Source of the DNA: a virus
Length of the DNA stretch: 64,000 nucleotides
Strand: one strand, 5' to 3'
IMG/VR virus record: IMGVR_UViG_3300047160_002226
Span: 1-64,000 of that record
The stretch's first letter is position 1. The number at the start of each line of letters is the position of its first letter. The notes under the pieces were generated by a model. The model was not told where the DNA came from. It worked only from the letters and a program-made list of their open reading frames with translations, and did not search any database. A program made the position numbers and the translations under genes. This document shows positions 9,801-17,566 of the stretch, piece after piece.

Positions 9801-9904
9801 TCACGCTTGCTGAGGCAGAAGGTTTCGTCTTTGAGAGTGAAGAGGATGTTTACAACTTCCTTGAGTTTGTATACGACCTCTCAGAAAACTTCCTCACTGA
9901 GTAG
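6842..9904 (+). CDS. large modular putative internal head (cargo) polyprotein
   Basis: GGAG site before ATG 6842. Gly/Ala hairpin, Zn ribbons, cationic peptides, a Pro/Ala linker, many LxE sites and a C-terminal G-x-x-F module. Function inferred. Confidence 0.6.
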   Translation: MEGDNKPINELEAVQASIRDVLSEGSKSIPSDPDVTFHKVKQLDEHALGKLKALGHLGLAGAGALTAAGGALTAAGGALGAGISGYQAIDNSAREKPSKKSAAIGVAGSAVVAHMGGTYAHSQWQKAKKAWKESQEDPQPDPNVVPRRTGLREAINGTLTAEQLVEFAVTSMGYDQQATNAISNAARIAALEPPEIHDIQDLADTIDWRLLKKGISTEHIETQIQNDGKILVFLDDRAKPKMETVKEILANFGTVSVLQKASDRNEETKTVEGYYAVQLEPLGLDGLQAAHNATTDQKDADDKMADVRGPNIMPGPGLATRGESVEDNQIEGEIKKEAQALLSDFVFSAYEPFCSSCGYLIEGAPPKDFRAVQVDRASRFERIEKLVGMPLTEHESMEETSSADMAYILGVQAGRRGAKRHYSEMVERKAVGGPRPDTMARIQALSRDVDAVKAKATAERQRKLMALQQKRNEKTASAVAKLSQMKKHEELGHPWLHGHGSLAEAFRFGYRLGFTTYLESLKRRKKKAMGADCESVEPISIVWPALSPLQVACKHCATPGTKLDEHKFNGLFCARHGSHLDKYSRSCYECESEEPESASTKTLCPSCLSETTAEDAACPVCGVEFDEGTESYAEHIASTEFADIPEAGHPEGWGLSVGGKKKEPSKDITQAVSQAAAKHHEAPKVGPSRIVRGREKFMHGSEFEPKKKNESEDSAGETDPFRGLAEFIAERYPQLSEQAQQGLFAKAKGLLTKYGGLIKNVWGAFRGKGGGAAAPAQGAAPAHGAAPAPAAPAAVQTAGAPAARAGTPPPVQPPAAPAPAAPGPAPQPQAVAPSAKAAYKAKRGQQRAQAGVQAGKYTGASQQAQAGAARAVVGPGKPGAVSGSVAGNVQQARVNVAQQAIAQGKMRTGLPGLIQRGGGAVAQAGRSVGGGIQRAVMGRNVLQRGPQGLQKVRQGGLAGAARGVFGRAQAAKKWMLGQSLEDVSGLLTLAEAEGFVFESEEDVYNFLEFVYDLSENFLTE
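7037..7078 (+). repeat. 21-bp in-frame tandem duplication (TAAGGAL x2)
   Basis: ACAGCAGCGGGGGGTGCTCTA occurs twice, exactly. Confidence 0.9.
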
Positions 9905-9913
9905 GAGAAACAC

Positions 9914-10993
9914 ATGAGGCAAGAAGTCATCGACGCTATTGCAGAAGCTCTCTACTCCTACCGTGTAGGTGCTTCTACCCTTGCCGATCTACAGACTAGC
10001 GTATCTCGCTATGGCCTCATTATAGAGGATCACAATGAGGTCACAGCTATTCTCACAGAGCTTGAAGAAGAGGAAGGGGCAGAAGGCGAGGCCAAGCCAA
10101 AGAAGCCTTCCAAGCTCAAGAAGTTCCTCAAGGGCGCTGCTGTAGTCGGCGCTGGAGCTGGCGCTTTGGCTCTTGCTCATCATCTTGGCAAGAAGAAGTC
10201 TGACACAAGTGGAAGGCCAGCACCCGAAACATCTCACAAGCAATCTGATGTTCATGTTGGTCGATCCGCCTCCAAGCTCGCTGGGATGCGCGCTGCTGCC
10301 AAGCAGGAGAAAAAGGAAAAGAAGGGCGAAGAAAAGCCTGATTCAGCTAAGGAAGCAAAGCACGCTGTTGCAAGGGCTGGACAGAAGGCAAAGACACTAG
10401 AGATTAAGGGCGGTGCTCACGGTGGTCCTCGTGAATTCAGCTCTGCAATGTCGCATCTCGCTAACGTTGGCGGAAGCCACAAGCAGGTGAAACACGCGAC
10501 AGCCCTTCACCAGATGCACAAGGTTGGAAAGCTCAAGAGGCTCCGCGCAGAGAAGGAGCTACCTGCTCTAAAGCAGCATCCAATCCAGTTCGGCGGTGGG
10601 AAGAGGACTGGTGGGACTGAGCATAAGAGCAAAGCGAAAGTCAGTGGAGCCGCTGAAAAGCTCAAGGTCCACCGTGAGCATCCACTTTCTGCAGCTATGG
10701 CAGGACATCACGCTGGTAAGGCGGTCTCCCACGCGCAAGCGAAATCATCGGCTCACGCTCCTGACGAAGCGCTCACCGCGCAGGATACACGGCTTCTCAG
10801 CCTGCTTGAGACGTATATCAATGGGTTCATGACATTCTCTTCTCTTCGTGAATCGCTCCTTCCGCTAGGTATCGTTCTTCACGATCATGCGGAAGCTCTC
10901 TACCTTGCTAAGAATTTCCTTGCTGAGACGGTAGAAGCTGACGACGAAGAGGATGAGGAAAAGCAAGACGAAGAAGAGAAGAAGGGCAGCTAA
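9914..10993 (+). CDS. putative internal head protein: Lys/His-rich core flanked by two copies of an acidic helical module
   Basis: AGGAG site. The N- and C-terminal segments align with each other (Y..G..T...L..S....G..I.DH.E). Confidence 0.65.
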   Translation: MRQEVIDAIAEALYSYRVGASTLADLQTSVSRYGLIIEDHNEVTAILTELEEEEGAEGEAKPKKPSKLKKFLKGAAVVGAGAGALALAHHLGKKKSDTSGRPAPETSHKQSDVHVGRSASKLAGMRAAAKQEKKEKKGEEKPDSAKEAKHAVARAGQKAKTLEIKGGAHGGPREFSSAMSHLANVGGSHKQVKHATALHQMHKVGKLKRLRAEKELPALKQHPIQFGGGKRTGGTEHKSKAKVSGAAEKLKVHREHPLSAAMAGHHAGKAVSHAQAKSSAHAPDEALTAQDTRLLSLLETYINGFMTFSSLRESLLPLGIVLHDHAEALYLAKNFLAETVEADDEEDEEKQDEEEKKGS

Positions 10994-10996
10994 ACC

Positions 10997-13231
10997 ATGA
11001 CGCAGATCTGGTTGCCGCTTACGCCATCATTCGATCCAGTAGAATACGCACTCACAGAGGGCCTTGATGAGAGTTGCGTCAAGGATCTTGTTGAGGCAGG
11101 GGTGGCTGGTGGTCGTCATGCTCAGCTCCGCTATCTCTTCGCAAAGGGGCACCTCAGCAAGAAGAAGCGTGGCGGCGTTCACTACCGCAAGTATCGCAAG
11201 GGTTCACCTGAACACAGCAAACACGCAAGCCGCAAAGCACGCCAGCGCTACGGCCACGCCTATCGCTTCGGTTCTCCAGAACACCACGAGCACCTTCGGA
11301 AGATCTCCCCATTCGTCCATCGACACGAGAGTGTGATGGAGGATCATGGAATCACGTACTACGGTGTCTCGGCACCTTCAACAGAAGAAGTCGATCTCAC
11401 ATACCACACAACGAGCGGAAATCTCAAGTCACTTGTCAGCAATGGCGCCTTCCGTCGCCTAGTCAGAATGTACTACATGAAGTCTGGCGCCAACAAGGAG
11501 CGGGCTACAGTCATTCTGATGGCTCTTCTCGTTGAGCTTGTGAAGGGCCTTGGCATCCAGGCACGGCCACATCTGATTGACAACATCAAGTGGGCTATCG
11601 AAACAGAGCTGCAAAGCTTGTATCACATGGAGCTAGGATCTGATGCAGAGCTTCCAGCTAGCACTGGATCCCGTGGTTCTCGTGGTCTACGCCAACGCCT
11701 CTTCAAGACTCTCTATTCGCGCTATCGCGACCACTCAGAGGCCGCAGGAGAGCTTGTCGAGATCGCAAAGGCTCTACTCCACGCTCTTCGCGTGGATAGC
11801 CCAGCGAACATGCGCAATGTCCACAAAGCAGTGAATGATATCCTAACGTCGGCACATCTTGAGGGTCACATTGGAGAAGCTGTCCAGGGTGAACAAGAGC
11901 AAGTTGTCTTCGACACAGCCTGTGAAGCACTCGCCCCCTACGCAGACGCCAACCTCACGCTCGAAAACGTCGCCAGCATTCTCGACTCTGCTGGGCTTCT
12001 GTTCCGTAATCATGATGCTTTTGGGCTTCTGCTGGATCGGATTGTCGAGTCTGGTAAGGATCGTGATCGGGGCGATGGGCCTGGGGATGATGATGACGAT
12101 GATAGTGACGACGATGCTGACGGCGGTGATGACGGACCAGATGATGACGATTATGACGATGATGAAGACGAAGAGGATGAGGAAGGCGACGATGAGGATG
12201 ATGAGGATGAAGACGAAGAGGACGATGAGGAGGATGACGAAGACGACGACGGAGACGATGACGACGATGAAGAAGAGGATGAGAAGGATAGCAAAAAGGA
12301 TGAGTCGTTTTCCGCCAGGGAAGTAGAAGTATACGAACTCGCTGAATCAGTCCTCGAAGAGCGTAGTCTTGTGAAGGCAGCTTGGCACGCTGGCAAAGGA
12401 GCAGTACATGCTGGTATTGCTGGCCTTGGCCTTTATGGTGGCGTTAGCTCAGCCCACGCTCTAAAGCATCCTGAGAAGGAACATCCAGAGGCAGTTCGTT
12501 GGTATCAGGCCCGCGCTAAGCAGGCCATCGATGCTTCTCACCTACACCATGCCAAGCGCAGCAAGGAACTTTCAACTCCTAAAGATACCGATTGGGCAAA
12601 CAAGGCAGCAGCCAAGGTACACAACTTCCCAGGAGGCGACGTTGCCAATATTGGCCTAGCCATGGGTCGCGCCAAGTTCCATGACATCGTAGCTCGCAGC
12701 AAGGGCCACGCTGCAGCAGCCCTTGTCGGTTCACATGCACTCGCTCTTCACCAGGGCCTCGCGGCTGGCAAGTCCTTCCACACTGCCTGGAAGCATCTCA
12801 AGTCAGAGGCTAAGGCCGATGTTTCGGAGGATACGAAAGCTGCTTTGAAGCACGTTGGCAAAGGTCTCGGGCACACGGCAGCAGCCATTGGTGGAGCTTT
12901 CATCGGTAACAGAGCCTTCTCAGGCCATTCCGATGCAGAGAAACAAAAGGCCGCTGAGCGATGGGCAAAGCAAGGCTGGGAGCATGGAATCCCTGAACGG
13001 GATCATCCGCCTAAGACAGCAGCTCCTCACCACGGCATCGGAGCTGAGGGTAAGCCGATGCGTGAGCCAGAGGTCGAACAGCCTTGGCATGGACTAGGTC
13101 GTCATCCAGTTCCCGCTCATGCGGTAGCAGCGGGCGGATACGGTCTCTTCTTTCATCAGGGGCACAAGGCTGTAAAGAGCTTCAAGAAGGCATACAAAGC
13201 CTACAAGCAGCCTAAGAGAGTTGACGCTTGA
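10997..13231 (+). CDS. putative internal head polyprotein with a basic arm, a long D/E tract and two His-rich hairpins
   Basis: Seen directly in the translation; LxE/ES motifs lie at the segment boundaries. Confidence 0.65.
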   Translation: MTQIWLPLTPSFDPVEYALTEGLDESCVKDLVEAGVAGGRHAQLRYLFAKGHLSKKKRGGVHYRKYRKGSPEHSKHASRKARQRYGHAYRFGSPEHHEHLRKISPFVHRHESVMEDHGITYYGVSAPSTEEVDLTYHTTSGNLKSLVSNGAFRRLVRMYYMKSGANKERATVILMALLVELVKGLGIQARPHLIDNIKWAIETELQSLYHMELGSDAELPASTGSRGSRGLRQRLFKTLYSRYRDHSEAAGELVEIAKALLHALRVDSPANMRNVHKAVNDILTSAHLEGHIGEAVQGEQEQVVFDTACEALAPYADANLTLENVASILDSAGLLFRNHDAFGLLLDRIVESGKDRDRGDGPGDDDDDDSDDDADGGDDGPDDDDYDDDEDEEDEEGDDEDDEDEDEEDDEEDDEDDDGDDDDDEEEDEKDSKKDESFSAREVEVYELAESVLEERSLVKAAWHAGKGAVHAGIAGLGLYGGVSSAHALKHPEKEHPEAVRWYQARAKQAIDASHLHHAKRSKELSTPKDTDWANKAAAKVHNFPGGDVANIGLAMGRAKFHDIVARSKGHAAAALVGSHALALHQGLAAGKSFHTAWKHLKSEAKADVSEDTKAALKHVGKGLGHTAAAIGGAFIGNRAFSGHSDAEKQKAAERWAKQGWEHGIPERDHPPKTAAPHHGIGAEGKPMREPEVEQPWHGLGRHPVPAHAVAAGGYGLFFHQGHKAVKSFKKAYKAYKQPKRVDA
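12059..12307 (+). repeat. low-complexity GAY/GAR tract encoding poly-Asp/Glu
   Basis: Near-continuous Asp/Glu codons. Confidence 0.9.
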
Positions 13232-13521
13232 TCCCTATTGACGACGAAATGGAACTTGATGAAGTCCGTCGTCGGACAAGGGGTCGTGTCGTCTCTGTTG
13301 GTGGTATACGATTTCGCATTGGGCGTCGATATGTAGGCGCTAAGAACATGAAGCGCTCACGTGCCGCCAAGAGAGCAGCAAGGCGTTTCCGCTTCAAGCG
13401 CAGGATGGCGCGAAGGAAGTTCTTGCGCTCATCACGCGGACGAAGACTTATCAGGGCTCTACATCAACTCGCACAACGTCGTAGGCATTCGCCAGGGTCT
13501 CATCATCGTAGGCACCACTGA
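13228..13521 (+). CDS. Arg-rich protamine-like protein, possibly a T4 gp68-like prohead core protein
   Basis: A short acidic leader ending ELDE is followed by an extremely Arg-rich body; T4 gp68 has the same acidic-then-basic layout. Confidence 0.55.
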   Translation: MIPIDDEMELDEVRRRTRGRVVSVGGIRFRIGRRYVGAKNMKRSRAAKRAARRFRFKRRMARRKFLRSSRGRRLIRALHQLAQRRRHSPGSHHRRHH

Positions 13522-13522
13522 T

Positions 13523-13777
13523 ATGGACAGCAACACCCCCATTCATGATGCACTCCTAGATCCCTCTCTTATAGAGGAGATGAGGAAAGAATGTGAAGAA
13601 GCTGGTCTTATCTTTGATGACGACGAAGAACTGATCGAGTTTCTCAACGAGGTTTTGACTTACGGTTCCCCAGAAGGGGAGTTTAACGTCCCAGAACACG
13701 TTGATAGAGACGAAGATGAGTTTGATGATGAGTATGACGATGAAGACGAACTGGAACCAACAGAGCAAGAATCTTAG
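13523..13777 (+). CDS. small acidic protein with one G-x-x-F module (gp67-like composition)
   Basis: ATG 2 nt after the previous stop; CEEAGLIFDDDEELIEFLNE followed by an acidic tail. Confidence 0.6.
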   Translation: MDSNTPIHDALLDPSLIEEMRKECEEAGLIFDDDEELIEFLNEVLTYGSPEGEFNVPEHVDRDEDEFDDEYDDEDELEPTEQES

Positions 13778-13827
13778 ACGCTTCTTTGAAACAAGCCACA
13801 GGCGGCAAGCCTGGGAGATGAGTAGTT

Positions 13828-16437
13828 ATGGACCTTAACGGGCTAGGAATCGGTCTCAACACGGATGTAGCCGAAAACGAAGGATCGACTCATCTACCTG
13901 CTGCTGCAGCTCCTAACAGTCACCCAGAACACAGCGGCGCCAAGCACGCAGCGAAGGTCGCTGCTATGGCTGGCGGCGGTGTCGCTGCTCTTGCTGGCGC
14001 TGGCTATCTAGCCCATCGTGCCATCAAGAAGTGGTGGAAGAAGGGCAAGAAGGCGCACGAGTCCTTGTATTCGCGCGTTCTTGAGGCCACCGCTGGAGGC
14101 GATCTTTATCAAGAGGACTTCGATACCGTCAAGAGTCTAGCAGAGAATGACGGTTTTGAGTTCGACAATGACGATGCAGTTTGTCAGTTCATTCTCATGG
14201 GTGTCGAGGAAGCTGAGAAGCCTGAGCCCGCAGGTGTTCTCTCAGATATCTACGGCGCCGATAGCATCAAGTCCTGGTGGCTCGGCCAGGATGAGAATCT
14301 CCTTTACTCCGATCCTTCTCAGATCCGAAATCTAGCTGAGCAGGATGGAGTCGTATTCCCAACAGAAGATGAGCTTATTGAGTTCATTGAGCTTGGCTTC
14401 GACGCCATCGAGGAACACGGTGACGCCTGCCCAGAAACAGGTTCGATGGAAACAGGGCGTCTTGCTAAGCAGCAAAAGAAGGAGCCGCCCGAAACAGGCT
14501 CGATGGAAACAGGGCGTCTCTCCAAGCCCAAGAAGGAGTCGCTCGTGTCAGAAGCGCTTCTCACTAAGATTCGCGAGTTCTTCGCGGAGTGCCAGCTTCC
14601 TGCTGGTCAAGTCGTCAATGCCGATCAGATCCAGAAGCTCGCAGAAGAGAAGGGCTTCACTTTCACAGATCGTTCAGCTCTCGATGCCTTCATTCGTATC
14701 GGCCTCGATGAGACGTATGGAGTTGAGGACGCGGTCACGGCTGAGGAGCTTGAGGCAACGGAGCAGGCCATCGCTGCCATCCGTGAGAGCCTCTCGAAGA
14801 GCGTTGATGCTCTCGATCTAGGGACTATCCGCGAGGCTGTCCAAGCAGCGGTTCCTGGCTTCGAGTTCGAGAACCTCGCAGAGCTTCGTACCTTCGCATC
14901 CGATATCGTTCCTACGTTGACAGAGGAAGAGAAGAAGCCTGGTTTCGTACGCAAGTGGGCAGGTCGTATTGGCAAGGCTGCTGTAGCTGGCGCCGCTCTC
15001 TACGGTGCTCACAGGGCCGCGCAGGCAGGTCATCTTGGCGCGGGTGTTCAAGCGGCTCATGCGAAGCTTATGGGCAAGGCTGCTGGGCACGCAGCCACAG
15101 CTAAGAAGGCTGTCGGCGCCGCTCTCCAGAAGGGTGGCGAGAAGGCTGCTGAGGCGGGTGAGAAGCTCCAGCACAGGACGCAGCGGATGGAGGCAAAGAA
15201 GCCGTTCCCGCTTGGCGCGGGTCGTCCAATGAGCGAGGAAGATAACCAAGAGATCGCTCACCCTGGTCTCCTCCAGAACGTCGATATGCAGCCTCAGCAT
15301 CCAGGTGCAGACATCTTCCCTGGCGTCGAGAAGTCGCATGGCGAAGGTGAGGCTGGACAGCATGTTGGCCCCACAAGCGATACGCTTTCAGGCAACGCTT
15401 CGGGCTCACACGATGCGAAGGACAGTGGTGGCGAAGGCGCTATGGACGGCGGCAGCAAGGGCACAGAAGGCCCAAGCGATGCCACAACTGGTCAGAATGA
15501 CGAGATGTCGATGAAGGAGTGTCCTGTCTGCCACGATCCGAATGCAGCTACAGAAGCATTTTGCGGTCGTTGTGGAACGGTTCTCCCCGTCAATCCGAAC
15601 AACATGGACGGTGGCGTACCTGCAATGGGCCGCATGATGGGTGGCAAGGCGAACACGCAAGCCTACATGGGTCCAGGTGCCATGAACGTGACTGGTCCTC
15701 CAGAGGGAGTTGCTAGCCCCTATGGTGGCGCTCCCAATAAGAACGCCTATATCGGTGCTGGAGCAATGGCCGATAAGGGAATGCCTGGTCCGAACATGGG
15801 TGGAGCTTCCTTCTATGCTGGTCAGAATCCAGCGATGAAAGAATCACGCCGCATCGAGACTTCGCAGCTCGTTCTTGAGCGCCTCCTACGTGGTGTTCCA
15901 GCTCGGAAGGCTATCGAAGAGCAAGGCAAGGATCAGACTTCGCGGACACAGATTGCTGGTGCTCCGAAGGCTGGTGGTATGTCAGCCGCAGCGAAGGACT
16001 CAGTGGCTTCGCACGCTAGGGGTGCAGAAGGCAAGAGCCCAGAGAAGGAAGGCGCAGCACGGGCTGGCACGATGCACAAGGACGCAGAGGCACCGCATCC
16101 AGAGAACGTGACAACTCGTCGTGAGTCGGTTTCTCAGGACTCTAACGTAGCTGAGGCTGAGACGGACGATCCCGTTCCGCAGCAGGTTCCCGTTGGCACG
16201 GCGTCAACAAGCCAGCCTGCAGCACCGAGCGTCGATGCTGTGAATCGCGCGCTCGCACAGAACGGATTCCATCCAATCACTGAGCTAGAGGTTGAACACA
16301 TTGTTGGATTCCTCTCGCAGCTCGGAGAGAACGTCCGCAAGGCTGCTCAGTATACGGGGCATCCTCTGCCGCTTGTGCAGATCGTTGCTAACCTCGCAGG
16401 TTACGGTCCTCAGTACGGCTATCCCAACATTCGCTAA
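13828..16437 (+). CDS. modular putative prohead core/cargo polyprotein
   Basis: Five G-x-x-F modules, two cationic Gly/Ala helices, a Zn ribbon and a helix-G-P-helix tag. Confidence 0.65.
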   Translation: MDLNGLGIGLNTDVAENEGSTHLPAAAAPNSHPEHSGAKHAAKVAAMAGGGVAALAGAGYLAHRAIKKWWKKGKKAHESLYSRVLEATAGGDLYQEDFDTVKSLAENDGFEFDNDDAVCQFILMGVEEAEKPEPAGVLSDIYGADSIKSWWLGQDENLLYSDPSQIRNLAEQDGVVFPTEDELIEFIELGFDAIEEHGDACPETGSMETGRLAKQQKKEPPETGSMETGRLSKPKKESLVSEALLTKIREFFAECQLPAGQVVNADQIQKLAEEKGFTFTDRSALDAFIRIGLDETYGVEDAVTAEELEATEQAIAAIRESLSKSVDALDLGTIREAVQAAVPGFEFENLAELRTFASDIVPTLTEEEKKPGFVRKWAGRIGKAAVAGAALYGAHRAAQAGHLGAGVQAAHAKLMGKAAGHAATAKKAVGAALQKGGEKAAEAGEKLQHRTQRMEAKKPFPLGAGRPMSEEDNQEIAHPGLLQNVDMQPQHPGADIFPGVEKSHGEGEAGQHVGPTSDTLSGNASGSHDAKDSGGEGAMDGGSKGTEGPSDATTGQNDEMSMKECPVCHDPNAATEAFCGRCGTVLPVNPNNMDGGVPAMGRMMGGKANTQAYMGPGAMNVTGPPEGVASPYGGAPNKNAYIGAGAMADKGMPGPNMGGASFYAGQNPAMKESRRIETSQLVLERLLRGVPARKAIEEQGKDQTSRTQIAGAPKAGGMSAAAKDSVASHARGAEGKSPEKEGAARAGTMHKDAEAPHPENVTTRRESVSQDSNVAEAETDDPVPQQVPVGTASTSQPAAPSVDAVNRALAQNGFHPITELEVEHIVGFLSQLGENVRKAAQYTGHPLPLVQIVANLAGYGPQYGYPNIR
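14431..14540 (+). repeat. imperfect 57-bp tandem repeat (PETGSMETGRL x2)
   Basis: Units start at 14431 and 14488. Confidence 0.85.
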
Positions 16438-16492
16438 GTGGTAGTACCAACCTTTCCACTACTCCTCCTCGTCGTATTGCATCTCTTCCGCT

Positions 16493-16536
16493 AGCCCCGT
16501 TACCTGGCGCACCTCCCAGGTAACGGGGCTTTGTAT
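16493..16536 (+). terminator. 15-bp perfect hairpin followed by TTGTAT
   Basis: AGCCCCGTTACCTGG pairs with CCAGGTAACGGGGCT, downstream of the 13828 gene. Confidence 0.65.
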
Positions 16537-16546
16537 TGCTGAGCAT

Positions 16547-17554
16547 ATGGCTGATAATCTGGATGATAGCCTTCGTGAACTCGCTGAGGGAAGCCCCGTA
16601 GAGGAGGTCATCGGACGGCTTTTCGGTGGAAAGCTAGGACCTGAACCTTACTGCACACGATGTCAAAAGCGTAAAACAAGCGGATACGCCTACTGCGACG
16701 TATGCCGAAGTGAGCTTGCTGAGCGCCTGGCTGGATTGAAGCGTGCTGGTTGCTGCGTAAGCTGCAAGAAGCCTATTCAGGCTGGCGCATGGTGTGGTGA
16801 GTGCCTCAACAAATCCCGCGTGAAACGAGAGGATAGGAAGGCGAATGGCCGCTGCACTCGCTGCAATGGAGTGGCTATCCCAGGACAAACGCGCTGTGAG
16901 ACCTGCAAGGCTTTCGATGACTGGCGTATTCAGCAGTTGAAGAAAGATGGCTACTGCGTTGGATGCCATACTGCAAAGGCTAGGGAGGGTAAGGCTACCT
17001 GTGAGCCGTGCTCACGGAAGCGGCTAGAGAACGTCAGGAAGTGGCGCGAAGCTCAGAAGGCGTACAAGGCAACGCCTCTCGGGTTGCTTGAAGTGCAATG
17101 GAAGAAGAGTCCCGCTGATTGGACGCTTATAGGCCAGTACTACCGAGAGTTGCGCAAAACTGATTGTAAGAAAAAAGTAGATGAACTTCTTACATCATCA
17201 TTTGACCGCTCTGTTGATACAGCACTAGCAGAGTTTCTGAATGCTTTCTCATTCATTCCAGCGCTTGTTGAGGGGAAGAGCTATTCGTTCGCTCGGCCAG
17301 CGAGACGCAATCAGTATGTGCAACAGCTACAGCTTCGCCCAGGTTGGACAGCACTCGCAACGAAGCTCGGACAGCCGCTACCTGACGTTTCGGGCACGAT
17401 AGAATCTCTGTTCGTTCTCTTCCGAACACCGACTGGCTATGCTCTCAACATCTCGCACATACGCGGACTACCAGAATCGGATGGGAAGATCCGTAGGCAC
17501 GAGCTATCAGCCGACGTAGCTCAGTACGTCTCATATAGCGAGCCGTCTCTCTAA
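16547..17554 (+). CDS. Cys-rich repeat (CxxC...CxxC) zinc-binding protein with an N-terminal helical tag
   Basis: Four CxxC-x(8-10)-CxxC repeats; N-terminal LRELAEGSPVEEVIGRLF. Confidence 0.7.
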   Translation: MADNLDDSLRELAEGSPVEEVIGRLFGGKLGPEPYCTRCQKRKTSGYAYCDVCRSELAERLAGLKRAGCCVSCKKPIQAGAWCGECLNKSRVKREDRKANGRCTRCNGVAIPGQTRCETCKAFDDWRIQQLKKDGYCVGCHTAKAREGKATCEPCSRKRLENVRKWREAQKAYKATPLGLLEVQWKKSPADWTLIGQYYRELRKTDCKKKVDELLTSSFDRSVDTALAEFLNAFSFIPALVEGKSYSFARPARRNQYVQQLQLRPGWTALATKLGQPLPDVSGTIESLFVLFRTPTGYALNISHIRGLPESDGKIRRHELSADVAQYVSYSEPSL

Positions 17555-17566
17555 GATAGGTGAGAT

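Noticed and set aside
12151-12396. Poly-Ser ORF on the minus strand
   Set aside because: It is the antisense shadow of the Asp/Glu tract.
6977-15039. Gly/Ala-rich peptides as bacteriocin or RiPP precursors
   Set aside because: No double-glycine leader, transporter or modifying enzyme is nearby; the boundaries fit Glu-specific head-protease sites better.
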